From positions 3,128,799 through 3,192,798 of the forward strand of contig MU053588.1 in the NCBI GenBank assembly GCA_013239625.1: a stretch of 64,000 nucleotides of DNA, given 5' to 3'. This document shows, piece by piece, positions 37,656 through 64,000 of the stretch (position 1 is the first letter of the stretch; each line of letters opens with the position of its first letter). Both the position numbers and the translations under genes were made by a program. Source of the stretch: Lama guanicoe. Taxonomy: Eukaryota. Under the pieces are notes generated by a model, which saw only the letters and a program-made list of their open reading frames with translations, was not told where the DNA came from and made no database searches.

Positions 37656-37661
37656 TTTATT
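37656..37661 (-). terminator. MEGF8: Candidate MEGF8 polyadenylation signal (AATAAA on the minus strand)
   Basis: TTTATT on plus, about 1.6 kb beyond the stop codon. Confidence 0.55.
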
Positions 37662-39279
37662 TGATGTTTCAGTCGCTCCCACTATTTCAGATGGCACCTG
37701 ACAGCACAGGTGGATGGGCCTCTTAGACTGAGGCTCCCAGCAGAGCGGAAGACACAGGGCCCAGCTCCCCAAGGTCCAAAAAACACAGATGGGGGGTGGA
37801 GTCTTAGGAAAGGAGTCCCAAGTTCAAGATCATTAGGAGGCGGGGGGTGGGGTACTCCTCAAGGGGTAGAAGGACTCAGAGGTCCAAGGTGGTGGCTGGG
37901 GTGAGGGCAGGCCCTGGAGAGAGGCCAGAAGTCGTCAAAGTAGCATCACTGGGAAGAGGGCTGTGTTGAAAACTCCACCATTTCTGTTCCCGAACTTGGT
38001 ATCTGCCTCCACAACCCCACCCTGCCAAAAGGTAGCATCTCAGACAGGGACTTTGTCTCCTCATGCCCTTCTGAGCCTTGTGACCTTGGCCCTGGGGTCA
38101 GGTAATACCACCTGAGCCTTGTCCCTCCAGCCTGGTGGTGGCAGCAGCAGTACCCTGTTCTTGTTCCCCCCTGGGCTGCCTCCTCTGCCTGTCTCTTCTC
38201 AGCAGCATCTCTCACCAGTACAGCAGATTCCTGCACTCAGTTCCTTTTGCTGAAATAGAGTGGCTTCTGTTTCCCTGGTTGAAGAGTTATCTCTAGAGGG
38301 CATCTTAGGTCTAAAATTGGACTCCAGATCTTCCCCCACAGCCCCAGTCTGCCCCATCTTAAACAACCCCCCCATCCACCCACAGTTTGGGCCACAAAGT
38401 TGGGGTCAACTTGGATTCCTTCCCTCTCTCACTCTGACATCCATACCATCGTTACACCCTTCCACCCACAGCCTGCATCCATCCCTGACTCCCCCTCTCA
38501 CTGCCACTGCCTGATCTGGTCCATCTCTTGTCTCCCTGCTGCCTCTCTCACCCACTCCAGTCCATTCTCCACACCACAGCTGAATGACCTCTTACATCCG
38601 TACATCAGGTCCTGCCATTCTCCCTCATCAAACTGTCCAATGGCACTCCAAGACCCTGCAAATAAAACCCTAAATCTTATCAGGGGTCCACAGGCCATGG
38701 TTGATCCGCCCCTTGCCTGACCCCCACCTCATCTCCTCTTCATACTTGGTCTGGGTCACTCTGGCCAGCCTTCCGATCCTTCCAATAACACAAGCTGGTT
38801 TCCGCCTCAGGGCCTATGTCCTCACAGTTCCCACTGCTTGGAATCTACTTTCTGTAGCTCTTCCCACAGCCAGTCTCCTGCAAGTCCAGCTTCGTAGAAT
38901 GACCAACTAATACCCTGAAGTCCCTCACAGTCACATCCTGTTGATAGTCCTGCTCAGAAATAATCTTACTCACCCAGCTGTGCATGTGTGTGCGTGCACA
39001 CTGGCTGTCTCCCTTCACTAGAACCTAAGTCCCATGAGATCAGGGAACCTTGGTGGTCTCGGTTCCCACTCTGCCCAGTGCCTTCAAGAGTGCCTGGCAC
39101 ATGGTAGGTATTCAATAAATAATTGTTGAATGCAGAACAAAGAAGGCCCTGGCTGGGGACCTCCCCCAGCAGAAGGAAACCAGAGGTCTCTGAGGACGGT
39201 GTCCCAGGTGGAGGGGCCCAAAGTCCAGGGTGGCCCCCTCAGGGGACTCAACTGCTGCGGCTGAGGATCCCACCACGGG

Positions 39280-63381
<24,102 letters not shown>

Positions 63382-64000
63382 CTGTGCCAGCCAAGGAAGG
63401 AGGTGTGCATGAGGACTTCTCTGCATGGCCCCATGGTCCCCACACCTCTGCAGCCACTTCAGAGCCAGAGAAGACCAGGCAACTCAATCTTCTTCCCTAT
63501 TTTACTAAATGCGAGACTGAGGCCAGGAGCGGGGAGACAGCTTGCCCACAGTCACTCTGGGAGAAGAGCCGGGACTCCACTCAGAAAGCAGACCACAGAG
63601 TCCCAGCCTCTGCTCATCTCCACCTCTCAGTAAACTCCAGGACCCAGGACCTTTCCACATCCTCTTCCTCAACACTCCATCTTTCCACCTAAGCCCTTAA
63701 GAGTCCAGATCCCTTAACTAGGGGGCCTGGAGAACTTCCAGGTTAGTGAACATATCCCTGTGTCAGAATGGTGTCGCACCCCAACTCCATGGGGAGAGAA
63801 GACCATGTGCTCAGGCCCCTTCTGGACCTCACCCTATGTATCATGTCCTTTGTTATACAATGAACCAGTATAGAAGTTCTAAGTTTAAAAAAAAAGTCCA
63901 GATCCAACATTCAAATCAACAGACATACTACATGATTTATTGCTAGTATGTGTTTTTGTAATTATAAAAGAGTGGAACAAGCCAAGTGTTCATCATAGGA

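Overview
GC-rich mammalian DNA, syntenic to the human 19q13.2 block CXCL17-LIPE-CNFN-MEGF8. Three tRNA-derived SINEs of the camelid (Vic-1-like) type, and no recognisable Alu, B1, Bov-A/Bov-tA or PRE-1, suggest a camelid (inference). Plus strand: the last two exons of CXCL17, which carry three inactivating lesions and look pseudogenised; complete LIPE (hormone-sensitive lipase) with testis exon T1, coding exon A, non-coding exon B and 9 common exons; and CNFN. Minus strand: the last 29 coding exons of MEGF8 (2090 aa). All LIPE, CNFN and MEGF8 exon joins were checked by hand and stay in frame with GT-AG introns. Best leads: (1) apparent CXCL17 loss; (2) an in-frame human-like LIPE C-terminus lying silent behind the stop codon; (3) a frame-broken intronic counterpart of a human MEGF8 exon; (4) a dense cluster of RFX X-box-like motifs in a MEGF8 intron; (5) dispersed MSR1-like minisatellite arrays; (6) a MER53-like hairpin with mutually matching arms. 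This is a known locus, and I see no wholly new gene system. Comparisons with human or mouse sequences and repeat consensuses are from memory and need checking by alignment.
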